Translations under genes and position numbers: made by a program | Origin: [Phormidium] sp. ETS-05 | Lineage (GTDB): Bacteria; Cyanobacteriota; Cyanobacteriia; Cyanobacteriales; Laspinemataceae | Assembly: GCF_016446395.1 (NCBI RefSeq) | Contig: NZ_CP051168.1 | Span: 3,621,579-3,685,578, forward strand | Length of the DNA stretch: 64,000 bases | Direction of reading: 5' to 3' | Notes under the pieces: model-generated | Told to the model about the DNA's origin: nothing | Database searches by the model: none | The model's input: only the letters and a program-made list of their open reading frames with translations | Part shown: in pieces, positions 9,829 to 21,261 of the stretch | Layout of the letters: each line of letters begins with the position of its first letter | Numbering within the stretch: the first letter of the stretch is position 1

Positions 9829-10674
9829 TTACCCTTCCACCCGATCGCTGCCCCGACCAGCAGTATCTTTTTCCACACGACCGCTACCGCGAGCGTCATC
9901 TGACTTGATGCGACCGCTGCCTCTGGCATCGGGGGTATTTTCTACGCGACCGCTACCGCGAGCATCTTCTGACTTGACGCGACCGCTACCCCGGGAGTCT
10001 TCGCTGGTTTCCACGCGACCGCTACCGCGAGCATCTTCTGACTTGACGCGACCGCTACCGCGAGCATCGGGGTGTTTTTCACGACCGCTACCGCGAGCAT
10101 CTTCTGACTTGACGCGACCGCTACCCCGGGAGTCTTCGCTGGTTTCCACGCGACCGCTACCGCGAGCATCTTCTGACTTGACGCGACCGCTACCGCGAGC
10201 ATCGGGGGTGTTTTCTACACGACCGCTACCGCGAGCATCTTCTGACTTGACGCGACCGCTACCCCGGGAGTCTTCGCTGGTTTCCACGCGACCGCTACCG
10301 CGAGCATCTTCTGACTTGACGCGACCGCTACCGCGAGCATCGGGGGCGTTTTCTACACGACCGCTACCGCGAGCATCTTCTGACTTGACGCGACCGCTAC
10401 CGCGAGCATCGGGGGCGTTTTCCACCCGACCGCTACCGCGAGGGTCTTGGCTAGTCTCTACTCGACCGCTACCGCGATGTTTGAGATTTGCTACTTGGGA
10501 CTGAGCGGGAACCGCACCCTGGGATGTTAAGGAATCTTTTTCCGTTTGTACCTGTATGATTGAGGCGGTGGTTGGCGCTGAGGATTCGCTATTGCGAGAT
10601 GAAATGGCGCGGGCGCTGTTGGCGAAACTGGCGAGGAGCAGACCGGACAAGAGGATGGAAGTGTAGACGCGCAT
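9829..10674 (-). CDS. Secreted low-complexity tandem-repeat protein with (S/P)(E)DARGSGRV(K/E) repeats.
   Basis: Clear signal peptide MRVYTSILLSGLLLASFANSARA. About 16 tandem 13-15-aa repeats are encoded by 39/45-nt DNA repeats. The opposite strand is also open, which is an artefact of the repeat. Confidence 0.55.
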   Translation of the reverse strand: MRVYTSILLSGLLLASFANSARAISSRNSESSAPTTASIIQVQTEKDSLTSQGAVPAQSQVANLKHRGSGRVETSQDPRGSGRVENAPDARGSGRVKSEDARGSGRVENAPDARGSGRVKSEDARGSGRVETSEDSRGSGRVKSEDARGSGRVENTPDARGSGRVKSEDARGSGRVETSEDSRGSGRVKSEDARGSGREKHPDARGSGRVKSEDARGSGRVETSEDSRGSGRVKSEDARGSGRVENTPDARGSGRIKSDDARGSGRVEKDTAGRGSDRVEG

Positions 10675-11095
10675 TTTAAACCTACCCGTTCATAACTGCT
10701 AACTGATTCGGATTGGTTTTGGCGGCGTCAGAAGTAAAGTCGCCTCTTGGGGTCACTTACCAGACTGTCCCAGGTTTTTGTTTCGCGGTGATGGCTGTAG
10801 CTCCCTTGGGGTGGTTGGGGGATGGTAGTCGCTCTTGTAACTGTCTTTGCTTTTGCCGCAAATAGCCCTAAATCTGCTCAATCGCTTGTCCCCCGGTTTT
10901 GGAGTCTCCGGTGTCCCCGGTGTCTGCGGTGTCTCTCTTGGTCGGGACTCAGATTGACTCAAATGGCCATTCCACAAGGCAGTTTGTAGGTAAAAACTAA
11001 AAGAAACCTTACATCAGAGGGTGATAAGGGAACTTAGCTTTATTCTGAAAGCAAGTAAACTAAAGCTGATTAACGTCTGGGGGGATTTCTGAATT

Positions 11096-12657
11096 ATGGC
11101 CCGTTTAGCTCTGGTGAGTACGTCTGATAAAACGGGGTTAGTCGAGTTCGCCCGCCACCTCGTAGAAGATTTCGGATTTGACCTGATTAGCAGTGGTGGT
11201 ACTGCTAAAACCCTGTCCGAGAATGGGTTACCGGTAATGAAAGTGTCTGATTACACCGGTTTTCCTGAGATTTTGGGGGGGAGGGTGAAAACTCTGCATC
11301 CGCGCATTCATGGTGGGATTTTGGGGCGGCGAGACTTTCCCTCAGACGTGGCAGAAATGGAAACTAACCATATCCGCCCCATAGATTTGGTGGTGGTCAA
11401 CCTTTACCCGTTCCAGGAGACGATCGCCAAACCGGGAGTGACGATGGCGGAGGCGATCGAAAATATCGATATTGGCGGACCGGCGATGCTGCGAGCTGCA
11501 GCCAAAAACCACCTGCACCTAACGGTTTTATGCAAACCGTCTCAGTATGAACCGTATTTGCAGCAGTTACAAGAACAGGGGGGGGAAGTATCCCTGGCAT
11601 TCCGCCAAGCCTGTGCCCGGGAGGCATTCTGGCATACGGCGACTTACGATGAGGCGATCGCTGCCTACCTAGGCAGCCAACCCCTGGTGGGCTCTGTGGA
11701 AGAAACCCCCTTGCCACCCCAATTTACCCTGGTGGGCAAGCAAGTGCAGCCGATGCGGTACGGTGAAAACCCGCACCAGAAAGCGGCGTGGTATCAAACC
11801 GGACAAACTTCTACCGGTTGGGCCGCCGCTACCAAAGTCCAGGGTAAAGAACTGAGCTACAACAACTTGGTGGACTTGGAAGCCGCCCGCCGCCTGATTT
11901 CCGAGTTTCCCAGTTCCGGTGAAGCCGCAGCGGCGATTTTAAAACACAACAACCCTTGCGGCGTGGCTTTGGCAAAAACGCCCGTAGAAGCATATAAAAA
12001 AGCCCTCGCCTCGGACCCGGTATCGGCTTTTGGGGTATTGTGGCTCTCAACTGCCCGATCGATGCGGATACCGCCGGGGAGCTGACCCAGATATTTTTGG
12101 AATGTGTGGTGGCTCCCGCTTGTACTCCCGAGGCGGCGGAAATTCTCCAAAGCAAATCTCGGGTGCGGGTTTTGACTCTGGCTTCGCTGACGGATGAGCC
12201 GCAGCAAACTATCAAAGCGATCGCTGGTGGTTTCTTGCTCCAAGAAGGCGATCGGGCAATGGAACAGCCCCAACATTGGAAAGTGGTAACGGAAAAACAA
12301 CCCACTCCCGACCAACTCGAAGAGCTGTTCTTCGCCTGGAAAGTGGTTAAACACGTGAAATCTAATGCTATCGTCGTCACTCGCGATCGAGCCACCGCTG
12401 GCGTGGGAGCCGGTCAAATGAACCGGGTGGGGTCAGCAAAAATCGCCTTAGAACAAGCGGGAGATAAAGCGGTAGGAGCAGTCCTCTCTAGCGATGCCTT
12501 TTTCCCCTTTGGCGACTCAGTACGCCTCGCCGCTGAGAAAGGGATCGTGGCGATCGTCCAACCAGGAGGCAGTCTGCGCGACCAAGAGTCGATCGACGCT
12601 GCCAACGAACTGGGCATCGTGATGATGTTTACTGGTATCCGCCACTTCTTGCACTAA
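11096..12657 (+). CDS. purH: Bifunctional AICAR transformylase / IMP cyclohydrolase PurH, with an apparent -1 frameshift near 12030-12040 in a G run.
   Basis: N-terminal [19 protein letters not shown] (MGS-like IMPCH domain). The second ORF (12040-12657) continues the AICARFT domain ([28 protein letters not shown]). Expected SAFGGIVALN is broken at gcttttggggtattg. Confidence 0.85.
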
Positions 12658-12755
12658 ATTTTTTTCCGTAGGGCTGGCATTGCCCACCCTACGGGACTAT
12701 CCTCTAACGTTATCCTCTGGGTAAAATTGTCCATATTGCCATCCAGAGGAAATCA

Positions 12756-13595
12756 ATGAGCGCGCAATGGGACAATTTTCTGAAAAATCTGGGGGTATGG
12801 GAGGGCTCGTTCACTCAAATATCCCCACAGGGAGAAATCTTGGGCTCTACTCCCAGTATCCTCACCCTAGAAGGTTTGGACGATAACCAGCGGGTGCGAT
12901 TTCATATCCGCCGCTTCCAAACCAACTCTAATGGAGAAACCACCGAGCAGGCGCACACCCAGGAATTTCAGTCTCTGGGGCGTCACGCCTTATTTTTTGA
13001 TAACGGCGCTTTTTCTAAAGGCAATATGCAATTAGCTCCGTTTTCTGAGTTTGTCTCTGAATTTGGGTTCGTGGAGGGAGACAGACGGTTGCGGTTCGTA
13101 CAGCAATTCAACAAAGAAAACCAATTTACCAGCCTCACCCTAATTCGGGAAACTCGGGCTGATTCTGGTGCCGTGGAAAGCCCCCCCCTAACCCTAGCGC
13201 AACTTCTGGGCAAGTGGGAAGGAACTGCCTGCACTATGTACCCGGACTGGCGAAGAGCAGATATTTATCCCACCACCTTAGAAATTAAAGATATCGGCGG
13301 CGGATATATAGAACAAAATTTGAGTTTTGCGGGTAAAATCATCAATTCCAAAGGACGGGTAGATGGTAATACCCTGCACTTTGACCAAGGCTCTCACCTA
13401 GTGCAAGTCTTGCTGCTCCCTGGTGGCGGTTCCGCTACCCAACCGCCACAACTGCCCTTGCGCCAAGCGTTTTTCTTTGAAGTGGGTTGGTTGGTGCAAC
13501 CGGGATGGCGTCAGCGCTTAATTCGCAGTTACTCTGACAAAGGGGAATGGCTTAGCTCCACTTTGGTTAACGAGCGGTTGGTGTCTGAGGGGTAG
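12756..13595 (+). CDS. Conserved hypothetical protein (cyanobacterial DUF-type, possibly lipocalin-like).
   Basis: 279-aa ORF MSAQWDNFLKNLGVWEGSFTQISPQGEILG.... I identify no catalytic motif. Confidence 0.45.
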   Translation: MSAQWDNFLKNLGVWEGSFTQISPQGEILGSTPSILTLEGLDDNQRVRFHIRRFQTNSNGETTEQAHTQEFQSLGRHALFFDNGAFSKGNMQLAPFSEFVSEFGFVEGDRRLRFVQQFNKENQFTSLTLIRETRADSGAVESPPLTLAQLLGKWEGTACTMYPDWRRADIYPTTLEIKDIGGGYIEQNLSFAGKIINSKGRVDGNTLHFDQGSHLVQVLLLPGGGSATQPPQLPLRQAFFFEVGWLVQPGWRQRLIRSYSDKGEWLSSTLVNERLVSEG

Positions 13596-13607
13596 TGAGT
13601 GAGGGAA

Positions 13608-14186
13608 TTACAATAAGGAACATCGCCGCCCCAAGGCTTGCGCCAGTAGCTCTTGATATTCTTTGTTTTTGACGATGTAGGCCCCGAAGCGCTCTAGGTG
13701 GGGGTTGGTCATTTGGGCATCGAAGAGGAGAAACTGGCGATCGCGCAGCCTTTCTACCAACTTCACCATCGCCACTTTAGAACCATCGGGAATGCGGTAA
13801 AACATTGATTCGCCAATGAAGGCGCCACCAATGACTATGCCTAAAATTCCTCCCGCCAGTTCGTCTTCCTGCCAGGTTTCAAAGCTGTGGGCCCAGCCGG
13901 AGCGATGCAGTTCCCAGTAAATTTCTTGCAGTTGAGGGGATATCCAGGTGGTTTCCCGGTTCGCGCAACCATTCACCACTGCCTCAAAATCTCGGTTCAC
14001 CGCTACGGTAAACCGCTCTTGGTTGAGGACCCGCTGCAGGGACTTGGGATAACGAAACCGATCGTCTAAAGGTATCAGCGCTCTTTTGCGGCTGCTATAC
14101 CAATCCAGGGAGTCATCGCCATCATTCGCCATCAGGAAATATCCTTTGGCATAGCCTTCGATAATTGCCGGGATGTTATACTTCAT
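13608..14186 (-). CDS. aat: Leucyl/phenylalanyl-tRNA--protein transferase.
   Basis: [54 protein letters not shown] matches the L/F-transferase family. The annotated ORF's first 11 aa ([11 protein letters not shown]) are a translated STRR array, so the true start is M at 14186. Confidence 0.8.
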   Translation of the reverse strand: MKYNIPAIIEGYAKGYFLMANDGDDSLDWYSSRKRALIPLDDRFRYPKSLQRVLNQERFTVAVNRDFEAVVNGCANRETTWISPQLQEIYWELHRSGWAHSFETWQEDELAGGILGIVIGGAFIGESMFYRIPDGSKVAMVKLVERLRDRQFLLFDAQMTNPHLERFGAYIVKNKEYQELLAQALGRRCSLL

Positions 14187-14400
14187 TTCATTTGTCATTT
14201 GTCCTTTGTCCTTTGTCATTTGTCATTTGTCATTTGTCCTTTGTCCTTTGTCCTTTGTCCTTTGTTTATTTATATAATTGAAATAACACACTATTATTTA
14301 TATGTGTGTTTACTTACAAGTGACAAGTGACAAGGGACAAGTGACAAGGGACAGGTGACAAGTGACAAGTGGACTTGCGGACAAGTGACAAAGGACAAAT
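14186..14400. repeat. STRR heptanucleotide array arranged as an inverted repeat ((TTTGTCC/CATTTGT)n ... (GGACAAG/TGACAAG)n).
   Basis: Direct reading shows TTTGTCATTTGTCCTTTGTCC..., then an AT-rich centre, then CAAGTGACAAGGGACAAGTGACAAGG. Confidence 0.9.
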
Positions 14401-14439
14401 TTTAAAAAACCTGATGGGATTTGGATTTGAAAAAATCTT

Positions 14440-14769
14440 ATGTCCGAACCATTGCCACCAATAACCTTACCCCCGGCGACCGCTCCCCAACAAGAGGGGC
14501 AGTGGTTGCAGGCTGCTTTACATAGCTGGCTCGATCGCGAATTCATCCCGGAGCCAGTGAATGCAGAAATTGCTCGCCGTGCCTCCCAAATCTTCGTCCG
14601 CCACCGGATGGAAGGGGAGACAGACTTAGGCGAGTTGACGATCGCGATCGTGATGGAGATGGCCGCTTTTGACTTTTCCCAGAGCTTTTACGGCGAATTT
14701 GCCGTTGCCAACGCCGTCAGCGACCTGCTCCTAGATAGTTTGGGGATAGAGCGCTGCTGCGGCCAATAA
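14440..14769 (+). CDS. Small hypothetical protein.
   Basis: 109-aa ORF between STRR arrays, with normal amino-acid composition and no motif. Confidence 0.3.
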   Translation: MSEPLPPITLPPATAPQQEGQWLQAALHSWLDREFIPEPVNAEIARRASQIFVRHRMEGETDLGELTIAIVMEMAAFDFSQSFYGEFAVANAVSDLLLDSLGIERCCGQ

Positions 14770-14915
14770 GGCCCCAGAGCGCGAACCCCGTCCAGGGACC
14801 CTTTTACCTCGCTCCCCGCTCAATACTTTTAATTTGCATTTAGTTTCTGGCTAAACTAAACCATTGCATTTATTATCAAAATAATATAAATGCAAATTAA
14901 AAGCATGAAATTACT

Positions 14916-15218
14916 TTACCAACTGGACTTGACCACCCCGGGGAGGAGTCCCTGGTGTGCCATTTCCCGCAGCACGTTCCGAGACAAACCGAAATCCCGG
15001 TAATAGCCTCTGGGCCGTCCTGTCAGCCAGCAGCGGTTCCGCAGGCGAGTCCGGGAGCTGCTGCGGGGCAGTTGCTGGATTTCCCGGTGGATGGCGATTT
15101 TATCCTCTAAATCCGTAGCTTGCTCAAACTGTTGTTTCAGGGTGGCGCGCTTTTCTTTGTACTTGTCCACCAGGTTTTGCCGTTTCTTTTCCCGCTCGAT
15201 TATGCTTTTCTTGGCCAT
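14916..15218 (-). CDS. rpsN: 30S ribosomal protein S14.
   Basis: [28 protein letters not shown]...[41 protein letters not shown] is canonical S14. The true start is the internal M of the listed ORF. Confidence 0.9.
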   Translation of the reverse strand: MAKKSIIEREKKRQNLVDKYKEKRATLKQQFEQATDLEDKIAIHREIQQLPRSSSRTRLRNRCWLTGRPRGYYRDFGLSRNVLREMAHQGLLPGVVKSSW

Positions 15219-15469
15219 GAATGGTTCTGATTGCCGAAAAATACACCATTTTTCATCATACCGCGTCGGGGCAGGTTTCCAACCCAACTTGACAAACCTT
15301 TTGGCTCAAGCCAACTAGGAACCTCTGTTGGAAACCCCCCCGACAAACCTTTTGGGCTTTAGCTCAACTAAGAAATCCGGGCGGAAAGTGGCAGTTTCGG
15401 CTGGTGCTTAGATAAATTGGGGCATAAATACATCAACAATATGATTGTGGTACTCATAGGTAAGTTTTT

Positions 15470-16744
15470 ATGACAACCAGGAAGAATCTGGCCAAAGCGC
15501 TTTTGTGGGAGGTTAGCTTGGCGATCGTTCTTGGGTCCGCTCCGGGCTCAGCGATCGCAGCCAAAGGGATGTTTCCCCCCCTAGGAGAAGGAGTGAGGCT
15601 GACGCCAACCCTGACGGGGGTGGCTCAAGCTGTCACCACTCCCACACCGCCGCCACCGCCTAAACCAAAAGTGCAAACCACCCCAGAAGCCAGTCCCACA
15701 CCAAGAGCCACTACCGCCCCAGCTCGGGGCGCTTCTGGAAACACCACTGCGGCTCCCACCCCCACCCCCACACCCACACCCACAGCATCCCCATCCCCAG
15801 AGGCAGTAGTTTCCCCAACCCCAACCCCAACACCAGCCGCCACCACGGCTCCGGTTCCCACTCCGATGAGTCAACCAGCCGCTGCTGCTTCTGAAGTGAT
15901 GCCAGCGAGCGCCGAAGAAGAGCGCATCCAAAAAATCGTCCAAGCCGAAGTCGATCGCCTCTTCAGTAAAACCACTAACCTCCTCAACTGGGTACTGGGG
16001 TTAACTTTGTTTCTGGTGGCTGGTACTTGGGTAGGCATTTGGCTGATGCGCCGCAGTGTCGCCGAGCAAGTGGGCACTGAGTTGAAAAAACAGCTCGGTG
16101 GTGAGTTAAACCCTCAGACGACATCGGCGAACGCCGACAGGCGTCGCGTTAGCATCGTCCCCCATTCTGCCCCACCACAACCATCAGACAATACTGCCCT
16201 ACCCGTACTCTCATCACAGCAAAAAGCCGAGCAAAACGCTCAGTTAAACGAACTAATTTCAATGGCTTTAGCCACCCAAAACCTCATCGCAGAGGCGCGC
16301 AGTGCCCTAGAAGAATCCGCCAAGTTTCAAGATAGCATTCAAAAACCCTTTCAAGATGTATTAGGCGTATATCTGACTCAGGCTCAAGAACTGGTGGCCC
16401 AGGGCAAGTATCAAGAAGCGGTGGAAATCTATGATAGGAGCATTTCTATGAATCCTGATTTCTACGATGCTTGGTTAGAGCGGGGTAAAGCCCTCTCTAA
16501 GCTGCAGCGCCACGATGAGGCGATCGCGTCTTATAACAAAGCCATCCAAATCAACTCCTCTCGCTGCGATTCTTGGTATGAAAAAGCCTGCTGCTATGCC
16601 TTAAAAGGCGATGTAGATTTAGTCATCGACAACCTCCGTCAGGCGATTAATATCGACCCCAGCAAGAAAGAAAAAGCCAAATTTGATGCCACCTTTGTCG
16701 AAATGCGTGCCGATGAAGCATTTGCCCAGTTAATCTTCGTTTAG
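15470..16744 (+). CDS. Membrane-anchored protein with a Pro/Thr/Ala-rich linker and C-terminal tetratricopeptide repeats.
   Basis: N-terminal signal/TM. A (TPTP)n low-complexity linker and a second TM (LNWVLGLTLFLVAGTWVGIWLM). C-terminal TPR-like repeats (YDAWLERGKALSKLQRHDEAIASYNKAIQINSSRCDSWYEKACCYALKGD). Confidence 0.6.
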   Translation: MTTRKNLAKALLWEVSLAIVLGSAPGSAIAAKGMFPPLGEGVRLTPTLTGVAQAVTTPTPPPPPKPKVQTTPEASPTPRATTAPARGASGNTTAAPTPTPTPTPTASPSPEAVVSPTPTPTPAATTAPVPTPMSQPAAAASEVMPASAEEERIQKIVQAEVDRLFSKTTNLLNWVLGLTLFLVAGTWVGIWLMRRSVAEQVGTELKKQLGGELNPQTTSANADRRRVSIVPHSAPPQPSDNTALPVLSSQQKAEQNAQLNELISMALATQNLIAEARSALEESAKFQDSIQKPFQDVLGVYLTQAQELVAQGKYQEAVEIYDRSISMNPDFYDAWLERGKALSKLQRHDEAIASYNKAIQINSSRCDSWYEKACCYALKGDVDLVIDNLRQAINIDPSKKEKAKFDATFVEMRADEAFAQLIFV

Positions 16745-17015
16745 TCGCCGCACCCATAAGTCCAATGCAGACTGTGGGGTGAGCCAAGGAGAGATGGGGG
16801 AGGTAGGGAATAATATTTTCTCGATCGTGGGTCTGATGGCGATTTCCCCCCTCCCCAGTCCCCCCGTCCCCCTCCAGTGAATTACCACGAAATAGGCAAA
16901 AAAAAATATGTTATAGTTAATTCAAATCAGAAAGGAAACAGAACTGCCCATAACTCTGGGGCAATTGAGCTGCTGAACTGATTTAAGCCAGAGCCAAATC
17001 TCATGCTTATTTGAA

Positions 17016-17393
17016 ATGACTAGACTTTCAGATATCGAGATAAAAGTTAACGCCCTGGGTAAAAATCCTACGGATGTATGGGAATTTCCCAAGGTGACAT
17101 CAGGTAAAAATCGGTCATCAGCAGAACGCACCCCCCATCCCGCCCAATTTCCCGCCGCTGTCATAGAACGCATTATTAAGGCTACTTCCAACTCCGATGA
17201 CATAATTTTCGACCCTTTTCTCGGTTCCGGGACTACTGCGGTGGTAGCTTTAGCTCTCCAGCGACAGGTAATCGGCTTTGAAATTAGGCAGGATTATTGC
17301 GATATCGCCGCTAACCGCATTGATGATTTTCTGACCAATCTCAGCCGTTTTGACGCGCAAAAATCACCGGCTCTAAGGGCTAGCTACCGGTGA
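17016..17393 (+). pseudogene. C-terminal fragment of a beta-class N4/N6 DNA methyltransferase (R-M remnant).
   Basis: TPHPAQFPAAVIERIIKATSNSDDIIFDPFLGSGTT matches the HPTxKP...DPFxGSGTT AdoMet-binding end of beta-class methyltransferases. There are only 125 aa, and no DPPY-containing N-terminal half lies upstream. Confidence 0.55.
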
Positions 17394-17516
17394 GTTGGGG
17401 CTGGACTTGCTGATGGCGGTTCAATCTCCCAACTATCAGATTATCCCATAATCTAAAAAAAACATCAAATTATTTCATAAATTCCATAAATTTTCCCATT
17501 GACATTTAGCATATAT

Positions 17517-17771
17517 TTACTCGATTTTTTCTAGCAACTCGCTGGGTGAGATACCCAAACCCTTGGCCAAGCGGAGAATGTTTAAAAAAGAGAGGTTTCT
17601 TTCCCCGCGCTCAATGCCACCGATGTAATTGCGGTGGAGTTGGGCTAATTCAGCTAGCTGTTCTTGGGAAAGACCCCGCGCTTTTCTCAGGCTCCGCACC
17701 GGAGTGCCAAATTGTTGTAATTGAGGATTATCTGTCACTGTTACAACATAGTAGTTGCACCCGGTTGTCAT
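17517..17771 (-). CDS. XRE-family helix-turn-helix transcriptional regulator (R-M controller 'C protein'-like).
   Basis: LRKARGLSQEQLAELAQLHRNYIGGIERGERNLSFLNILRLAKGLGISPSELL is a typical Cro/C1 HTH. 84 aa. Confidence 0.7.
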   Translation of the reverse strand: MTTGCNYYVVTVTDNPQLQQFGTPVRSLRKARGLSQEQLAELAQLHRNYIGGIERGERNLSFLNILRLAKGLGISPSELLEKIE

Positions 17772-18070
17772 CTACCCACTATCAGTATGATTAAAACCAA
17801 AATCTCAGCTACAGCTTGGGCCAGATGCGGGGTTAGGGCAGGAGGTGTGGCGGTTTGACCCGATCGGATGTACCGAGAAAATACTGATTCAGCCCGGAGC
17901 GACAGTGAAAACACGGATATCCTCTCAACCTGGTGGCTACCTCCCCCAGAGGGACCGCCCTAAGATGGCGGATGTAGGCTGAAATCTTAATTTTGTGCGT
18001 CAAATCCAGCCTATTCCAAGGAAAGGTGACTACATATATAAAGGAAAGGATATTTCAAGGAGATCAGGAT

Positions 18071-19129
18071 ATGGGAGATGCACTTCGAGTCCGAGTGGGT
18101 ATCGTGGGAGCGTCTGGCTATGGCGGGGTGCAGCTAGTTAGACTGTTGATGGAGCATCCGGGGTTAGAGGTGGTGTATTTGGGAGGGGATAGCAGTGCTG
18201 GCAAGCCTTTTTCCGATATCTATCCTCATTTGGCCCATGTGACAAATTTGATTGTGGAGCCGGTAGATGCAGAGCAAATCGCGGCTCGCTGTGAAGTGGT
18301 GTTTTTGTCTCTCCCCAATGGGTTGGCTTGCCAGATCGCACCGACGTTGTTGGATAAAGGCTGCAAGGTTCTGGACTTGTCGGCGGACTATCGGTTTAGT
18401 TCTCTGGACACTTACCAATCTTGGTATGGGATAGAGCGCCAAGACCAAGCTACCGCTGCTACTGCGGTTTATGGCTTGCCAGAACTGTATCGCGATCGCA
18501 TCAAAGACGCCCAGCTCGTGGGTTGCCCCGGATGCTACCCCACCGCCAGCCTGCTGGCCCTAGCGCCATTGCTCAAACAAGGGATGATTGTGCCAGAAAC
18601 CGCGATTATTGACGCTAAATCTGGTACATCTGGGGGGGGACGCCAAGCCAAAATCAATATGCTGTTAGCCGAAGCTGATAGCTCCGTTTCCCCCTATGGC
18701 GTGGCTCGCCACCGACATACCCCAGAAATCGAGCAAATTTGTAGCGACTTAGCCGGACATGAAGTGATGGTCCAGTTTACCCCCCACCTGATGCCAATGG
18801 TGAGAGGCATTTTGGCCACAGTTTATGCTACTTTGCGAGACCCGGGACTGGTGCGGGAAGATTTGGTCACGATTTACAATGCCTTTTATCGCAATTCCCC
18901 CTGGGTGCGGGTATTGCCTGCGGGAGTTTATCCCCAAACCAAATGGGCTGCGGGTAGTAATGCTTGCTTTATCAGTGTGGAAGTGGACCCCAGGACCGAT
19001 CGGGCAATTGTCATGTCAGCCATTGATAACCTCATCAAAGGCCAAGCCGGTCAAGCGGTGCAATGTCTCAACATTATGATGGGCTGGGATGAAACTTTGG
19101 GATTGCCCAAACTGGGATTTTATCCTTAA
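18071..19129 (+). CDS. argC: N-acetyl-gamma-glutamyl-phosphate reductase.
   Basis: [30 protein letters not shown]... has the NAD-binding GxSGYxG motif, and the catalytic Cys region ([19 protein letters not shown]) fits ArgC. The listed ORF starts about 26 aa upstream at a doubtful start. Confidence 0.9.
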   Translation: MGDALRVRVGIVGASGYGGVQLVRLLMEHPGLEVVYLGGDSSAGKPFSDIYPHLAHVTNLIVEPVDAEQIAARCEVVFLSLPNGLACQIAPTLLDKGCKVLDLSADYRFSSLDTYQSWYGIERQDQATAATAVYGLPELYRDRIKDAQLVGCPGCYPTASLLALAPLLKQGMIVPETAIIDAKSGTSGGGRQAKINMLLAEADSSVSPYGVARHRHTPEIEQICSDLAGHEVMVQFTPHLMPMVRGILATVYATLRDPGLVREDLVTIYNAFYRNSPWVRVLPAGVYPQTKWAAGSNACFISVEVDPRTDRAIVMSAIDNLIKGQAGQAVQCLNIMMGWDETLGLPKLGFYP

Positions 19130-19137
19130 ATTCTTGT

Positions 19138-19262
19138 TCTTTGTCCTTAGTCCCTTGTCACTTGTCCTTTGTCAAATGACTAAGGACTAAGGACAATTGA
19201 CAATTGACAATTGACAATTCAATTATCAATTATCAATTGTCAATTGTCAATTATCAAATGAC
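19138..19262. repeat. STRR/hexamer-heptamer palindromic array between the convergent argC and eno genes.
   Basis: ttgtccttagtcccttgtcacttgtcctttgtc ... gacaattgacaattgacaattcaattatcaattatcaattgtcaattgtcaattatc. Confidence 0.85.
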
Positions 19263-19263
19263 A

Positions 19264-20571
<1,308 letters not shown>

Positions 20572-20751
20572 TCAATGGTCTGTGTAATGGTGTTGCCGGG
20601 ATATTTGCTCCCAGAAATCACCGTCAAGATTAAAATACCGCCCCCATTGTCAAAAGCCCCCAGTCTTAATCATATTTATCGATCTCCGCCCCTTCCCTCC
20701 CCAAAAGTTCCCCCGTCCGGCGGCTCTGCCTTTACAATAGCTAGATAGATT

Positions 20752-21200
20752 TGTCCTTAGTCATTTGTCCCCTTCGGCAAGCTCAGGGCGGGCTTGGTCA
20801 TTTGTCCTTGGTCATTTGTCCTTGGTCATTTGTCATTGGTCATTGGTCATTGGTCATATAAGTGATAATTTGTTTGTATTTATTGTTAAAATTTTGATGT
20901 TTGGTTCATATGAACAAGTGACAAAGGACAAAGGACAAGTGACCAAGGACAAAGGACAAGAAGCAAAGGATAGCCGATACTTTATACTTGATAGTTGATA
21001 GTTGATAGTTGTCAATTGTCCGTAGGGGCACGGCGTCATCAAGATTTGGGTGAAACGATAAAGATTAATGATGCCGTGCCCTTACCAAGTGACAAAGGAC
21101 AAAGGACAAGTGACAAGTGACAAAGGACAAAGGACAAAGGACAAGTGACAAGTGACAAAGGACAAGTGACAAAGGACAAGTGACAAGTGACAAAGGACAA
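20752..21200. repeat. Composite STRR arrays (TTGGTCA, TTTGTCC, GGACAAA, GTGACAA) flanking a long-stem hairpin element (21022-21086).
   Basis: Read directly from the sequence. The arrays are upstream of the kinase gene. Confidence 0.9.
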
Positions 21201-21261
21201 ATGATTAGGGTGCTGACTCAGAAAAGGTGATGTAATAGTTGAAGGATTTGTAGCTGGCACC

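Noticed and set aside
9905-10504. Plus-strand 199-aa ORF (RPLPRASSDLT repeats) antisense to the secreted repeat protein.
   Set aside because: It is a mirror ORF generated by the tandem repeat. It lacks a signal peptide and RBS context, whereas the minus-strand ORF has a canonical signal peptide.
11096-12657. purH as a genuine pseudogene.
   Set aside because: The gene is essential for de novo purine synthesis. The single missing G lies in a G4-5 run, and both halves are otherwise perfectly conserved. A sequencing or assembly error is far more likely.
14186-14219. N-terminal MTKDKGQ extensions on the aat and ctaB ORFs (and similar KDKGQ-rich small ORFs at 6605-6826, 20765-20998, 24336-24521 and 38751-39077).
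   Set aside because: These are read-throughs of STRR heptamer arrays (GGACAAAGGACAA = K-D-K-G-Q in one frame). The true starts are the first conserved Met.
15581-15943. Minus-strand Gly/Trp/Cys-rich ORFs antisense to the Pro/Thr linker of the TPR protein.
   Set aside because: They are low-complexity antisense artefacts of (ACCCCA)n-type repeats.
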